A stretch of DNA of 64,000 nucleotides, taken from NCBI GenBank assembly GCA_963816185.1, contig CAWFJJ010000025.1, positions 192,001-256,000 of the forward strand, read 5' to 3'. The notes beneath the pieces are model-generated. The model was given only the letters and a program-made list of their open reading frames with translations, made no database searches and had not been told where the DNA came from. Both the position numbers and the translations under genes were made by a program. This document shows, in pieces, positions 37,707 to 47,091 of this stretch (positions within the stretch are counted from its first letter, which is position 1; every line of letters begins with the position of its first letter). Source of the stretch: Thermoanaerobaculia bacterium (GTDB taxonomy: Bacteria > Acidobacteriota > Thermoanaerobaculia > UBA5066).

Positions 37707-40205
37707 GTGACCTTTTCCCTCAGATTCCCCCGGTGGGCCGCCGCCCATTCTCGGAAGGCGGCGGAGGACCGGATCCGCAGCCTCAACCGTCTGCTCAAGA
37801 CGATCTCCGAGGTGGACCAGCTCCTCATCAAGGTGGCGGACGAAGAGGCGCTCCTCGGGAAAGTCTGCCGGATCCTCGTCGAGTCGGGAGGCTACTTGCT
37901 CGCCTGGATCGGAAAGGCGGACCCCGGGGCGACGCAGGCCGTACCGGTGGCGCGCGCCGGCGCCGACGCGCACCTTCTGGACTCCATCGCCGTGCGCTGG
38001 GACGACTCACCGGAGGGGCACGGGCCTTTCGGCACCGCGATCCGAACGGGTCGGCACGTCGTCGTGCAGGACACGGACGCCGACTCCTCCGTCGGCCCGT
38101 GGCGGGCGTTCAGGTCCCAGATCGGCGCCCGATCTATGGCGGTGCTTCCTCTTCGTCGCGGCGGCGCCGTGACCGCCGCCCTCCTCGCGTACGCCGCCGT
38201 TCCCTCTTTCATCGACGAGGAGGAGATCGCGCTCCTCGATGGGCTCGCGGAAGACGTCTCCTTCGCCCTCGACGTGCTCGACGACCGTGAGCGGGCCCGC
38301 AAGAGCGAGCAGGAGCTGCGCAGGCTGTCGCGGGCCGTCGAGCAGACCCCCACGTCGATCGTGATGACGGACCTGGAGGGGCGGATCGAATACGTCAACC
38401 CGCACTTCACGGAGGTGACGGGCTACACGGCCGAGGAGGCACGGGCACAGAATCCCCGCATCCTGAAATCCGACCGCACGCCGCCCGAAGTGATCCGGCA
38501 GCTCTGGGAGACGATCACGGCGGGGAAGGTCTGGCACGGCGAGCTGTGCAACCGGCGCAAGGACGGAACCCTCTTCTGGGAGCAGGCTTCGATCTCCCCG
38601 GTGCGGGACGACAAGGGGACGGTCACGCACTACGTCTCCGTGGGGGAGGACATCACCGAGCGCAAGCGGTCCGAAGCGAACGTCGTCAGGCTCAACGCCG
38701 AGCTGGAAGAAGCGCTCGCATGGCAGCGGCAGATCTTCGAGGGCTCGCGGGACGCGGTGTTCGTCAGCGACGAGCAGGGGCGGTTCGTCGCCGTCAACGG
38801 CGCCGCGACGGATCTGACGGGTTACTCCCACGAAGATCTGCTGGGGATGGGGATCCCCGACCTCCACGACGAGCCCGATCTCGCGGCGTACCGCGCTTTT
38901 CATCAGCGCATTTTGGGAGGCGAGCAGATCCTGTCGGAGGCGCCGATCCGGAGGAAGGACGGCCGCAAGGTCGCCGTCGAGTTCAACAACAGACTCGTCA
39001 CCCTCGGCGGCAGACGTTTCATGCACACCGCGGGTCGGGACCTCACGGAACGCGGGCAGCTCGAGGCGCAGCTCGCCCAGGCGCAGAAGATGGAGGCCGT
39101 CGGACGCCTCGCGGGCGGCGTCGCGCACGACTTCAACAACCTCCTGACGGTCATTCAGGGCTACGGCGAGCTGGTGCGCGACTCACTTTCGTCAGACCCG
39201 CGGCGCGAGAGCATGGACGAGCTCCTGAAGGCCGCCGGGCGTGCGACCTCGCTCACGCGGCAGCTCCTCGCCTTCAGCCGCAAACAGGTGCTCGAGCCGA
39301 AGGTCGTGCACCTGGCCGAGATCGTGCGCGAGACGGGCCGCATGCTCGAACGGCTCATCGGTGAGCACATCGCGCTGTCGCTCGCGGCACCCGAGGAGCG
39401 CGCGACCGTGAAGGCCGATCCCGGCCAGATCGAGCAGGTCATTCTCAATCTCGCCGTGAACGCGCGGGACGCGATGCCGAACGGAGGCCATTTGACGGTT
39501 TCCGCGGGCAGCTTGACGACGGCGACCCCGCTCGACGGATTCCCCGATCAGCTTCCGGCCGGCCGATGGGTCCTCATGACCATGGAAGACACGGGCTGCG
39601 GAATGGACGCGGAGACGCTCTCGCACGCGTTCGAGCCGTTCTTCACGACCAAAGAGCGCGGCAAGGGAACGGGCCTCGGGCTGTCCACCGTGTACGGAAT
39701 CGTGAGGCAGAGCGACGGCCGCGTTCAGGTGACGAGCGTTCCCGGGAAGGGGACGACCATCCAGGTCTATCTTCCGCGCTCCGACGAGAAGACGACCTCG
39801 GGCGTTCGCCCGAGCGTGGGCTCGAGCCGCGGAACGGAGACCGTGCTCGTCGTCGAGGACGAGGCGGCGGTCCGGAATCTCGTGCGGGCGGTTCTCGAGC
39901 GCAAGGGGTACGTCGTGCTCGCCGCCGAGGACGGCGCCGCCGCGCTCGATCTCGTCGACGCGTACGCGGGCGTCATCCATGTGCTCCTGACCGACCTCGT
40001 GATGCCGGGAATGAACGGGCGCGATCTGGCCGCGCGCGTGAGGGCGAAACGGCCTGCGATCAAAGTGGTGTTCATGTCGGGGTACACCGCCGACGTTCCG
40101 ACGGAGCTCGGAGTGGAAGGCGGACCGGGCTTTCTCTCCAAGCCATTCAACGAGCGCGCCCTCACGGCGAAGCTCCGCGAGGTTCTCGACGCCCAGCCGG
40201 CCTGA
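37707..40205 (+). CDS. Hybrid sensor histidine kinase (GAF-PAS-PAS-HisKA-HATPase-REC)
   Basis: AGGVAHDFNN, NARDAM, DTGCG, GKGTGLGL; REC motifs VVEDE..TDLVMP..KPF. Confidence 0.93.
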   Translation: MTFSLRFPRWAAAHSRKAAEDRIRSLNRLLKTISEVDQLLIKVADEEALLGKVCRILVESGGYLLAWIGKADPGATQAVPVARAGADAHLLDSIAVRWDDSPEGHGPFGTAIRTGRHVVVQDTDADSSVGPWRAFRSQIGARSMAVLPLRRGGAVTAALLAYAAVPSFIDEEEIALLDGLAEDVSFALDVLDDRERARKSEQELRRLSRAVEQTPTSIVMTDLEGRIEYVNPHFTEVTGYTAEEARAQNPRILKSDRTPPEVIRQLWETITAGKVWHGELCNRRKDGTLFWEQASISPVRDDKGTVTHYVSVGEDITERKRSEANVVRLNAELEEALAWQRQIFEGSRDAVFVSDEQGRFVAVNGAATDLTGYSHEDLLGMGIPDLHDEPDLAAYRAFHQRILGGEQILSEAPIRRKDGRKVAVEFNNRLVTLGGRRFMHTAGRDLTERGQLEAQLAQAQKMEAVGRLAGGVAHDFNNLLTVIQGYGELVRDSLSSDPRRESMDELLKAAGRATSLTRQLLAFSRKQVLEPKVVHLAEIVRETGRMLERLIGEHIALSLAAPEERATVKADPGQIEQVILNLAVNARDAMPNGGHLTVSAGSLTTATPLDGFPDQLPAGRWVLMTMEDTGCGMDAETLSHAFEPFFTTKERGKGTGLGLSTVYGIVRQSDGRVQVTSVPGKGTTIQVYLPRSDEKTTSGVRPSVGSSRGTETVLVVEDEAAVRNLVRAVLERKGYVVLAAEDGAAALDLVDAYAGVIHVLLTDLVMPGMNGRDLAARVRAKRPAIKVVFMSGYTADVPTELGVEGGPGFLSKPFNERALTAKLREVLDAQPA

Positions 40206-40299
40206 ACGTCACGGCGCTCGCGTCGAGCCCGTGGTAACGTCCGCGCGGCTCTTTTCATCGTCCTCGAGTCCCCTGAAAGTTTGCGACCTCCGGGGGGCG

Positions 40300-40490
40300 A
40301 ACGTGAGGCGCCCGTGCGCGCGTCACGCGAAGAGGGAAGCGGGTGAGATTCCCGCGCGGCCCCCGCCACTGTGACCGGGGACGCGCCCGGCGAGATCCAC
40401 TGGCGGCGAGAGATCGGTCCCGAGAGGCCGGTCGCGCTGCCGGGAAGGGGCCGGGCGCGGACGATCCGGGAGCCAGGAGACCTGCTCGAG
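40300..40490 (+). ncRNA. Cobalamin riboswitch
   Basis: AAGAGGGAAGCGGGTGAGATTCCCGCGCGGCCCCCGCCACTGT...CCACTG...GGGAAG...GAGCCAGGAGACCTGC, including the B12 box, upstream of a TonB receptor. Confidence 0.92.
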
Positions 40491-40609
40491 GAACATCGTT
40501 CTCGCTACGCCTTCTCCGGGGCTCGGGAAGTCGCGGCTGTTCCGGCGTCCGGCCGGAAACGCCGCCGCCTTCCGATGGGAAGGTGGAGCCAGCGGAACGG
40601 AGGTGTTCC

Positions 40610-42469
40610 ATGGTGTCCCGTCTCTTTCTCTTGCGGTCGTCGTGCGCCCTGCTCCTCTCCCTCGCGTCCCCTCTGTTTGGCCAGCCCGCGCCGCCGCCTT
40701 CCGCCGCGAAGCTCGCCGCCGACGTCGTCGTCTCGGCCGAGGCCGAGCCTGAATCCGCCGACTCCCTCGGCGTCGCCGCGACCGTGATCGACGCCGCCGA
40801 GATCGCGGCATCGAAAGCGACGACGGTTCTCGATCTCCTGCGTACGGTGCCCGGTCTCGACATCGTTCAATCCGGCGGCCCCGGCACGGTGACGTCCCTC
40901 TTCTTGCGCGGAACGAGCTCCACGCAGACGCTCGTTCTCGTGGACGGCGTCCCGCTGAACAGTCCCTATTTCGGAGGCACCGACCTCTCGGCGCTGTCCG
41001 TCGCGAACGTCGAGCGCGTGGAGGTCGTGCGCGGGCCTTTCTCGGCGCTCTACGGCTCGGAGGCGATCGGCGGCGTCGTGCGGGTCTTCACGAAGAGGTC
41101 CGCGGACCCGGGATTCAGCGGGAACGCCCGATTCGCTTTGGGGAATGCCGGCGCGAAGGAAGGCCTCGGAGAAATCCGTTTCTCCGAAGGCGCCTTCACG
41201 GGGACTTTCGGCTTTCGAAGGACTCTTTCCTGGGGCGACCAGTTCAATGAATTCTTCTCCGGAACGACCCTTTCTGGTGCGCTGACGGCGGCGCTCGGCG
41301 AGGGAGCGTCGCTCGGCGTCTCGGTCCGCCGTGAGAGCGGCCGGACCGGCGTCCCCACGGACGGCGCCACGCCGACGCCGCGGCGCTGGACGAAGAACGA
41401 CACGATGACCGTCGAGGTTCCTCTCTCTCTTCCACTTTCAAAGAATCTCTCTCTCGAGGCTTCGGTGCGCTACGCGCGCGACCGGCCCGGCTACGCGGAT
41501 CCCGACGACCAGTTCCTCACGTCGTCCTCCACGGATGCGCGCCGGGCCGGGGCGCGCCTCGCCTTCACGTCGACTCTCGGCGCGCAGCGGCTCTCCGCGG
41601 GCGCGGACTGGGAGCGCACGCTCGTCTCGAACGAGAGCAACTTCGGCGTGGCTCTCGAGGACGCGTCGACGCGCACGTTCGCGCTCTTTGCCGAGGACCG
41701 CATCGCCCTCGCAGGCGAGCGGCTCGTCGCGACCGCGGGCGTCCGCTGGGACGACCACAGCGCGTTCGGCAGCGCCGTGAGCCCGCGCGTGACGGTCGCG
41801 TGGCGCGTCACGCCGTCGTTGAAGCTGCGCGCGGCGGCAGGATCCGCGTTTCGAGCGCCCTCGACGGGCGAGCTGTACTACCCGTTCTCCGGCAACCCGT
41901 CGCTCCGCCCCGAGAAGTCGAACGGCTACGAGGTGGGACTGGAGAAGACGCTCGCGGGAGGAGTCATCGCGGAGGTCTCGGGTTTCTGGAACGACCTGAG
42001 GGACCTCATCGACTTCGACCCCGCGACGTTTACGGACCGGAACGTGGGGAGAGCGCGGACGCGAGGAGTCGAGGTGGCTCTCCGGACGCCCATCGGGGCG
42101 CACTCTTTCGTGCGCGCGTCGTATACGTACCTCGACGCGAAGGATCTCGACACGGACACGTTCCTCGTCCGGCGCCCGCGGCACCGCGCCTCGGCGACGT
42201 ACGCGACGACGTTTGCCTCGGGAGGCTCCGTGAGCCTGACGGCGATGTGGGTGGGAGCGCGCCCTGACCTCGACGCGACGGACTTCACGACGCTCGTCGA
42301 GAATCCTTCGTACCTGAGGGTTGACGCCGCGCTCACGCTACCGCCGCTCGCGCTTTCGCTCGCCCCTTTCGTCCGCGTGACGAATATCCTCGGGCGCGAC
42401 TACGTCGAGGCAAGCGGCTTCCCGGCGCCAAAACGCCGCTTCCTGGCGGGGCTGGAAACGGCGTTCTGA
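40610..42469 (+). CDS. btuB: TonB-dependent receptor, probable cobalamin transporter
   Basis: SD GGAGGT, ATG 40610; plug LRTVPG..LRG..LVLVDG..ERVEVVRGPFSALYGSEAIGGVV; terminal Phe; B12 riboswitch upstream. Confidence 0.88.
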   Translation: MVSRLFLLRSSCALLLSLASPLFGQPAPPPSAAKLAADVVVSAEAEPESADSLGVAATVIDAAEIAASKATTVLDLLRTVPGLDIVQSGGPGTVTSLFLRGTSSTQTLVLVDGVPLNSPYFGGTDLSALSVANVERVEVVRGPFSALYGSEAIGGVVRVFTKRSADPGFSGNARFALGNAGAKEGLGEIRFSEGAFTGTFGFRRTLSWGDQFNEFFSGTTLSGALTAALGEGASLGVSVRRESGRTGVPTDGATPTPRRWTKNDTMTVEVPLSLPLSKNLSLEASVRYARDRPGYADPDDQFLTSSSTDARRAGARLAFTSTLGAQRLSAGADWERTLVSNESNFGVALEDASTRTFALFAEDRIALAGERLVATAGVRWDDHSAFGSAVSPRVTVAWRVTPSLKLRAAAGSAFRAPSTGELYYPFSGNPSLRPEKSNGYEVGLEKTLAGGVIAEVSGFWNDLRDLIDFDPATFTDRNVGRARTRGVEVALRTPIGAHSFVRASYTYLDAKDLDTDTFLVRRPRHRASATYATTFASGGSVSLTAMWVGARPDLDATDFTTLVENPSYLRVDAALTLPPLALSLAPFVRVTNILGRDYVEASGFPAPKRRFLAGLETAF

Positions 42470-42475
42470 GCGGGC

Positions 42476-43003
42476 TCAGGGTCTCGGGGGGAACCCTTCG
42501 AAGATCTTGTCGACGGCTTGCTGAACTTTCTCCTCACGCGTCTGGGGCGACTCGTCGGGATCCACGACCCGCGACGCGCTGCCGCGAAACACGAGCTCCT
42601 TGGCCTTCGTGTCGACGAGGTCTACGACGAGCGTGCCGACCGGAATCTGCTCGACTCGGGCCGACGTCCAGTACGGACCGCGCCAGCGCCAGCCCCAGCC
42701 CCAACCGGAGCTCCAGGTCGTCACCTGCGTCTGACTGTGCGTGCGCGTGTGCAGGACGACCCACAGATCGGGCGTCCCGCCGGGAACCTCGGAGTATCCG
42801 CGCGAGGACAGGGTTCTCACGACGGCCGCTCGCACCCTCTTCATTGCGATCGGGCTCCGAAACTCCCGCACGTCCTTGAAAGCGAACGTGTGGTACGAGG
42901 AGAAGTTGGCGCCTCGGTCGAAATCGACGTGCGTCTCGATGCTCGAGCAGCCCGCGAGAAACAGGACGGCGAGAACGGGAACGAGAAGGGGTGCCTTCTT
43001 CAC
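42476..43003 (-). CDS. DUF4136 lipoprotein
   Basis: GTG 43003 with SD; LAGC lipobox; FSSYHTFAF; GTLVVDLVD..LVFRG; IFEGFPP. Confidence 0.85.
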   Translation of the reverse strand: MKKAPLLVPVLAVLFLAGCSSIETHVDFDRGANFSSYHTFAFKDVREFRSPIAMKRVRAAVVRTLSSRGYSEVPGGTPDLWVVLHTRTHSQTQVTTWSSGWGWGWRWRGPYWTSARVEQIPVGTLVVDLVDTKAKELVFRGSASRVVDPDESPQTREEKVQQAVDKIFEGFPPRP

Positions 43004-43118
43004 GTGACCACCTCCATAGGGGGAGACGTGCAAGACGCTTGCCGGGTTTACGTGCTTCCCCTGGGAGACGACCCCTCTCGTGCTCCGCATCACACGGTCG
43101 CCGGCCCGGTCGAGGAGA

Positions 43119-44282
43119 TCAAGTCTCGAGCCGCAAGAGGAACGCCGCGAAGATCACGAGAAGGATCAGGAGAGCGCAGGAGACTCCGAGAAAGAAGAGC
43201 CAGAACGATCGGCGCTCGCCTCCCTGTGCGACATAGAGCTGGGCGCCGATCAGGTTCGCGATCGAGCCGATGGGGCTCCCGCACGCTCCGGCCGTGACCC
43301 CGTAGAGCAGCCCGCGGAAACCGAGCGGGCTCGTTGCTGCGGGCGTGAGGAGAAGGGCCGCCGGAACGTTGGAGACGACCTGCGACAGCAGCGCGCCGGA
43401 GAGGAGGAGCCCGACGGCGCGGTGGCCGAAGATGCTCGCGGGATCGAGCCGATGGTAGAGCCGACCCCGCTCGAGGCCGGGAATCCCGATGAAAAGAAGT
43501 GCGAAAACCAGCACGATCGAGAAGTCCACGTCCCGGAGCCGGCGCCCGAGGAGCAGCGCGGCAGGGAGAGCCAGCAGGAGGGGGACCTGATGCGGCAGCC
43601 GGCCGAAAAGGCTCCCGAGCTCGGCGGCGAGCAGGAGAAAGAAACCGGCGGAGAGCGTCGGGTCGACGTCGAACGCGGCGGTTGCGGGCGGCACGATGCC
43701 GCGCTGCGGAACGAAGACGAAAACCACGGCCGCGAGCAGGACGAACGAGGCTCCGATCAGCGGAATTTGCGCCTGAACGAAGGAGCCGAAGGTGAAACCT
43801 CCGCGCGCGTACAGGAACAGGTTCTGCGGGTTCCCGATCGGGGTCAAAGCCCCGAGGAGGTTCGCCGCGAGGACCTCGAGCACGACGAGCTTGTGCAGCT
43901 CGACCCCCTCGACGTCACGAAACAACATCGTGAACGGTACGACGAGGAACAGGGTGACGTCGTTCGTCAGGATGGACGACAGAAAGGCGGTGACGGCGAT
44001 CATGGCGAAGGCGAGGCCGCGCAAGGAGCGGACGTGCCGGATGACGGCGACGACGAGCCGGTCGAAGAGATCGGAGGCCTTTCCGAGCTCCACCGCGACC
44101 GTCAGAACGAGGAAGAGCGTCAGGATCCGCAGGTCCATCAGGCCGGGGATCTCGGAGAGCCGGACGTGGCCCATCGCGAGCGCCGAGAACGCAAGGGTCG
44201 CCGAACCGGTGATCAGGAAGCGCTCGAAGAGGAGGGCCCGGATGGCCGGGTGTTCGAGAAGCGCGCGGATCCGCCGTCTCAT
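43119..44282 (-). CDS. ArsB/NhaD/SLC13-type anion permease
   Basis: LTNDV, ANLLGALTPIGNPQNL, SNVPA, GSPIGSIANL. Confidence 0.85.
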   Translation of the reverse strand: MRRRIRALLEHPAIRALLFERFLITGSATLAFSALAMGHVRLSEIPGLMDLRILTLFLVLTVAVELGKASDLFDRLVVAVIRHVRSLRGLAFAMIAVTAFLSSILTNDVTLFLVVPFTMLFRDVEGVELHKLVVLEVLAANLLGALTPIGNPQNLFLYARGGFTFGSFVQAQIPLIGASFVLLAAVVFVFVPQRGIVPPATAAFDVDPTLSAGFFLLLAAELGSLFGRLPHQVPLLLALPAALLLGRRLRDVDFSIVLVFALLFIGIPGLERGRLYHRLDPASIFGHRAVGLLLSGALLSQVVSNVPAALLLTPAATSPLGFRGLLYGVTAGACGSPIGSIANLIGAQLYVAQGGERRSFWLFFLGVSCALLILLVIFAAFLLRLET

Positions 44283-44383
44283 CGGGAGCGTTTCATCGAG
44301 GGCTCGGAGAGATTCTACGGTTCTCCGCCGGTTGACCACCCCGGCTCTTCCCGTTAATCTCCCCGTTCTCTCCGTTCCCGGGT

Positions 44384-44447
<64 letters not shown>

Positions 44448-44459
<12 letters not shown>

Positions 44460-44590
44460 TTCTCCAGTTCTGGCCCCTCGGGCCAGCACATCAAACGGCG
44501 ATCTCAAAGCGACTGAAACACTTCCGTCGGTGATCGTGTCGTTCGACACCATCGTCTTCAGCAGTCGAGCCTTTTCTGAGGGTTCCCTTC
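44448..44590 (-). pseudogene. Probable C-terminal remnant of a large serine recombinase, ending inside the tRNA 3' end
   Basis: Minus-strand frame REPSEKARLLKTMVSNDTITDGSVSVALRSPFDVLARGARTGEWWS*. Family assignment is by recalled resemblance only. Confidence 0.55.
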
Positions 44591-44819
44591 GCTCCGATCT
44601 GGTTGCCGGCGTCTCCGTCAACTCCCGGTGGTTTGCATAACGATATCAATCCGGACAGAATGACCGTTTACCGGCGGGGATCGAGAAAGAAACCGAGGGC
44701 GTGAATCCGGTGTCTACGCGCGACAGCCCCGAAAATTCCCATTGCCGCCTACAGCGGCCCCCCACATGAGCCGGTCCCGATATGCTTCTGCGATGACCGC
44801 AGGAAAACGGGTAGGACAA

Positions 44820-46897
44820 ATGGAGGCATTCACGAGAGGGTTCGTGGCGCTCGCGCTCGCCCTCGCGGGATCGGTGGCGGCCCAGAGCGGCGACGATCCC
44901 TTCCAGTGGCTCGAGGACGTCCATGGCGAGAAGGCCCTGAGCTGGGCCCGCCAGCACAACGCGAAGACGACGGCGGTTCTCGAGGCGCGCCCGGAGTACG
45001 GGCCGATCTACACGCGCACGCTCGAGATCCTGGACTCCAAGGAGAAGATCCCGACGCCCGAGCTCCTCGGCGACACCGTCTACAACTTCTGGCGGGACGA
45101 CGCGCACGAGCGGGGCATCTGGCGGCGCACCTCCCTCGCCTCGTACCGCTCGGCTTCCCCGCAGTGGGAGACGGTGCTCGACGTCGACGCGCTCGCGAAG
45201 GCGGACGGCAAAGCCTGGGTCTTCCACGGTGCAGACTGCCTTCGGCCGGCCAACGTGCGCTGCATGATCAGCCTCTCTCCCGGCGGCTCGGATGCTGCCG
45301 TGGTGCGCGAGTTCGACACGACCTCGAAGCAATTTGTCGCCGGCGGCTTCTCGCTGCCGGAAGCCAAGTCCCAGGTGGCCTGGCGGGACGAGGACACGGT
45401 CTGGGTCGGGACGGACTTCGGGGCCGGGTCGCTCACGGCCTCGGGATACCCGCGGATCGTGAAGCTCTGGAAACGGGGCACGCCTCTCGCTGAGGCCAGA
45501 ACCGTGTTCGAGGGCAAGCCGGAGGACGTCGCCTCCAGCGGCAGCAGCGAGATCCTGAGCGACGGGCGGTACGACGTCGTCACGCGAGTTCCGGCGCTCT
45601 ACCGGCACGAGTCATTCCTTTTGCTAGGTGACCGACTCGTCAGGCTCGACGTGCCCGAGGATTCACAGCTGCGGGGGTTCTTCCGGGACCGGCTCCTCTT
45701 TTCCCTGCGGAGCGACTGGACCGCTGGTGGCCGGACCTACAGTGCGGGCTCGCTTCTCGCCTCTTGCGTCGACGACCTCCTTCGAGGCGTCCGCCACCTC
45801 GACATCCTCTTCGAGCCGGGCGAGCGCGTCTCCCTGGCCAGTGTGGATCGCACGCGCGACCGCGTGCTGATCCAGACGCTCGACAACGTCCGAAGCCGCA
45901 TCACGGCGCTCACCCTCGAAAACGGCACCTGGAAGCGGTCCGACGTGCCGCTGCCCGGGCTGGGCACGGCGTGGTTCTCGGCCACGAGCGACCTCACGAA
46001 CACGTACTTCTTCACGTATCAGGATTTCACGACCCCGACCTCGCTTTGGCTCGCCGAGACCGGACCGGAGCCCACGAAGATCAAATCGATGCCGGCTTTC
46101 TTCGAGGCGACGGGGATCAAGACCGAGCAGCTCGAGGCGGTGTCGAAGGACGGCACGAAGATCCCGTACTTCGTCGTGACGCCGAAGGGCTTCCGGGCCG
46201 ACGGGACGGCCCCGACGCTTCTCTACGCCTACGGCGGCTTCGAGCAGTCCCTCGTGCCGCGGTACAGCGGCGTCACCGGGACCGCGTGGCTCGCGCGTGG
46301 CGGCGTGTACGTCAACGCGAACATTCGCGGCGGCGGGGAGTTCGGCCCCGCCTGGCACAAGGCGGCCGTGAAGGAACAGCACGTCCACAACTTCGAGGAT
46401 TTCTCGGCGGTGGCCCGGGACCTGATCGTCCGGAAGATCACCTCGGCGCGCCGCCTCGGGATCATGGGCGGCTCCCAAGGAGGCCTCCTCGTGGGCGGGA
46501 CCTTCACACTCTATCCGGATCTCTTTTGCGCCGTGGTGGCCCAGGTGCCGCTCGCCGACATGCGCCGCTTCAACAAGCTGCTGGCCGGCGCGAGCTGGAT
46601 GGCGGAGTATGGGGACCCTGACAAGCCCGAAGACTGGGCGTACATCCGGACCTGGTCACCCTACCAGCTCCTAAAGGCGGACGCGAAGTACCCGACGCCG
46701 TTCTACTGGACGAACACGCCGACGACCGCGTTCACCCGGCCCACGCGCGAAAGATGGTTGCGAAGATGGAGTCCCAAGGGCACCCCGTCTACTACTTCGA
46801 AAACACCGAAGGCGGGCACGGGTCCGGCGCCGTCAACAAGCAGACGGCCACGGTCACGGCGCTCCAGTTCGCGTATCTCTGGATGATGCTCCGCTGA
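44820..46897 (+). CDS. Secreted prolyl oligopeptidase, S9A (one apparent indel near 46718)
   Basis: DDPFQWLE, YAYGGF, NIRGGGEFG, GGSQGG. The shifted frame restores DDRVHPAHARK and EGGHG, ending at TGA 46897. Confidence 0.9.
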
Positions 46898-47091
46898 GTG
46901 CCGCCGTCAACTATCCGGCCGGCGGCAGCCGCGGCGGGCCCTTACAACCTCCGGCAATTCCCATTGCACCCCCTACAGGCCCGACAAAGTCTGTCCGCCT
47001 AGCGATGGGGCGCGGGATCGGTTGAAGCATCTGCATCAGCGCGTCCGACATAGGTTTGCCCTACTATGCTAAACAGGAAGTCTTTGTCTAA

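Noticed and set aside
22560-41460. Short AT-richer purine/pyrimidine patches inside acnA (about 22640), the ABC ATPase (about 26730-27050) and btuB (about 41200-41460)
   Set aside because: They resemble the flanks of the lhr insert in composition but lack the 19-bp core and arms. Most likely variable loops.
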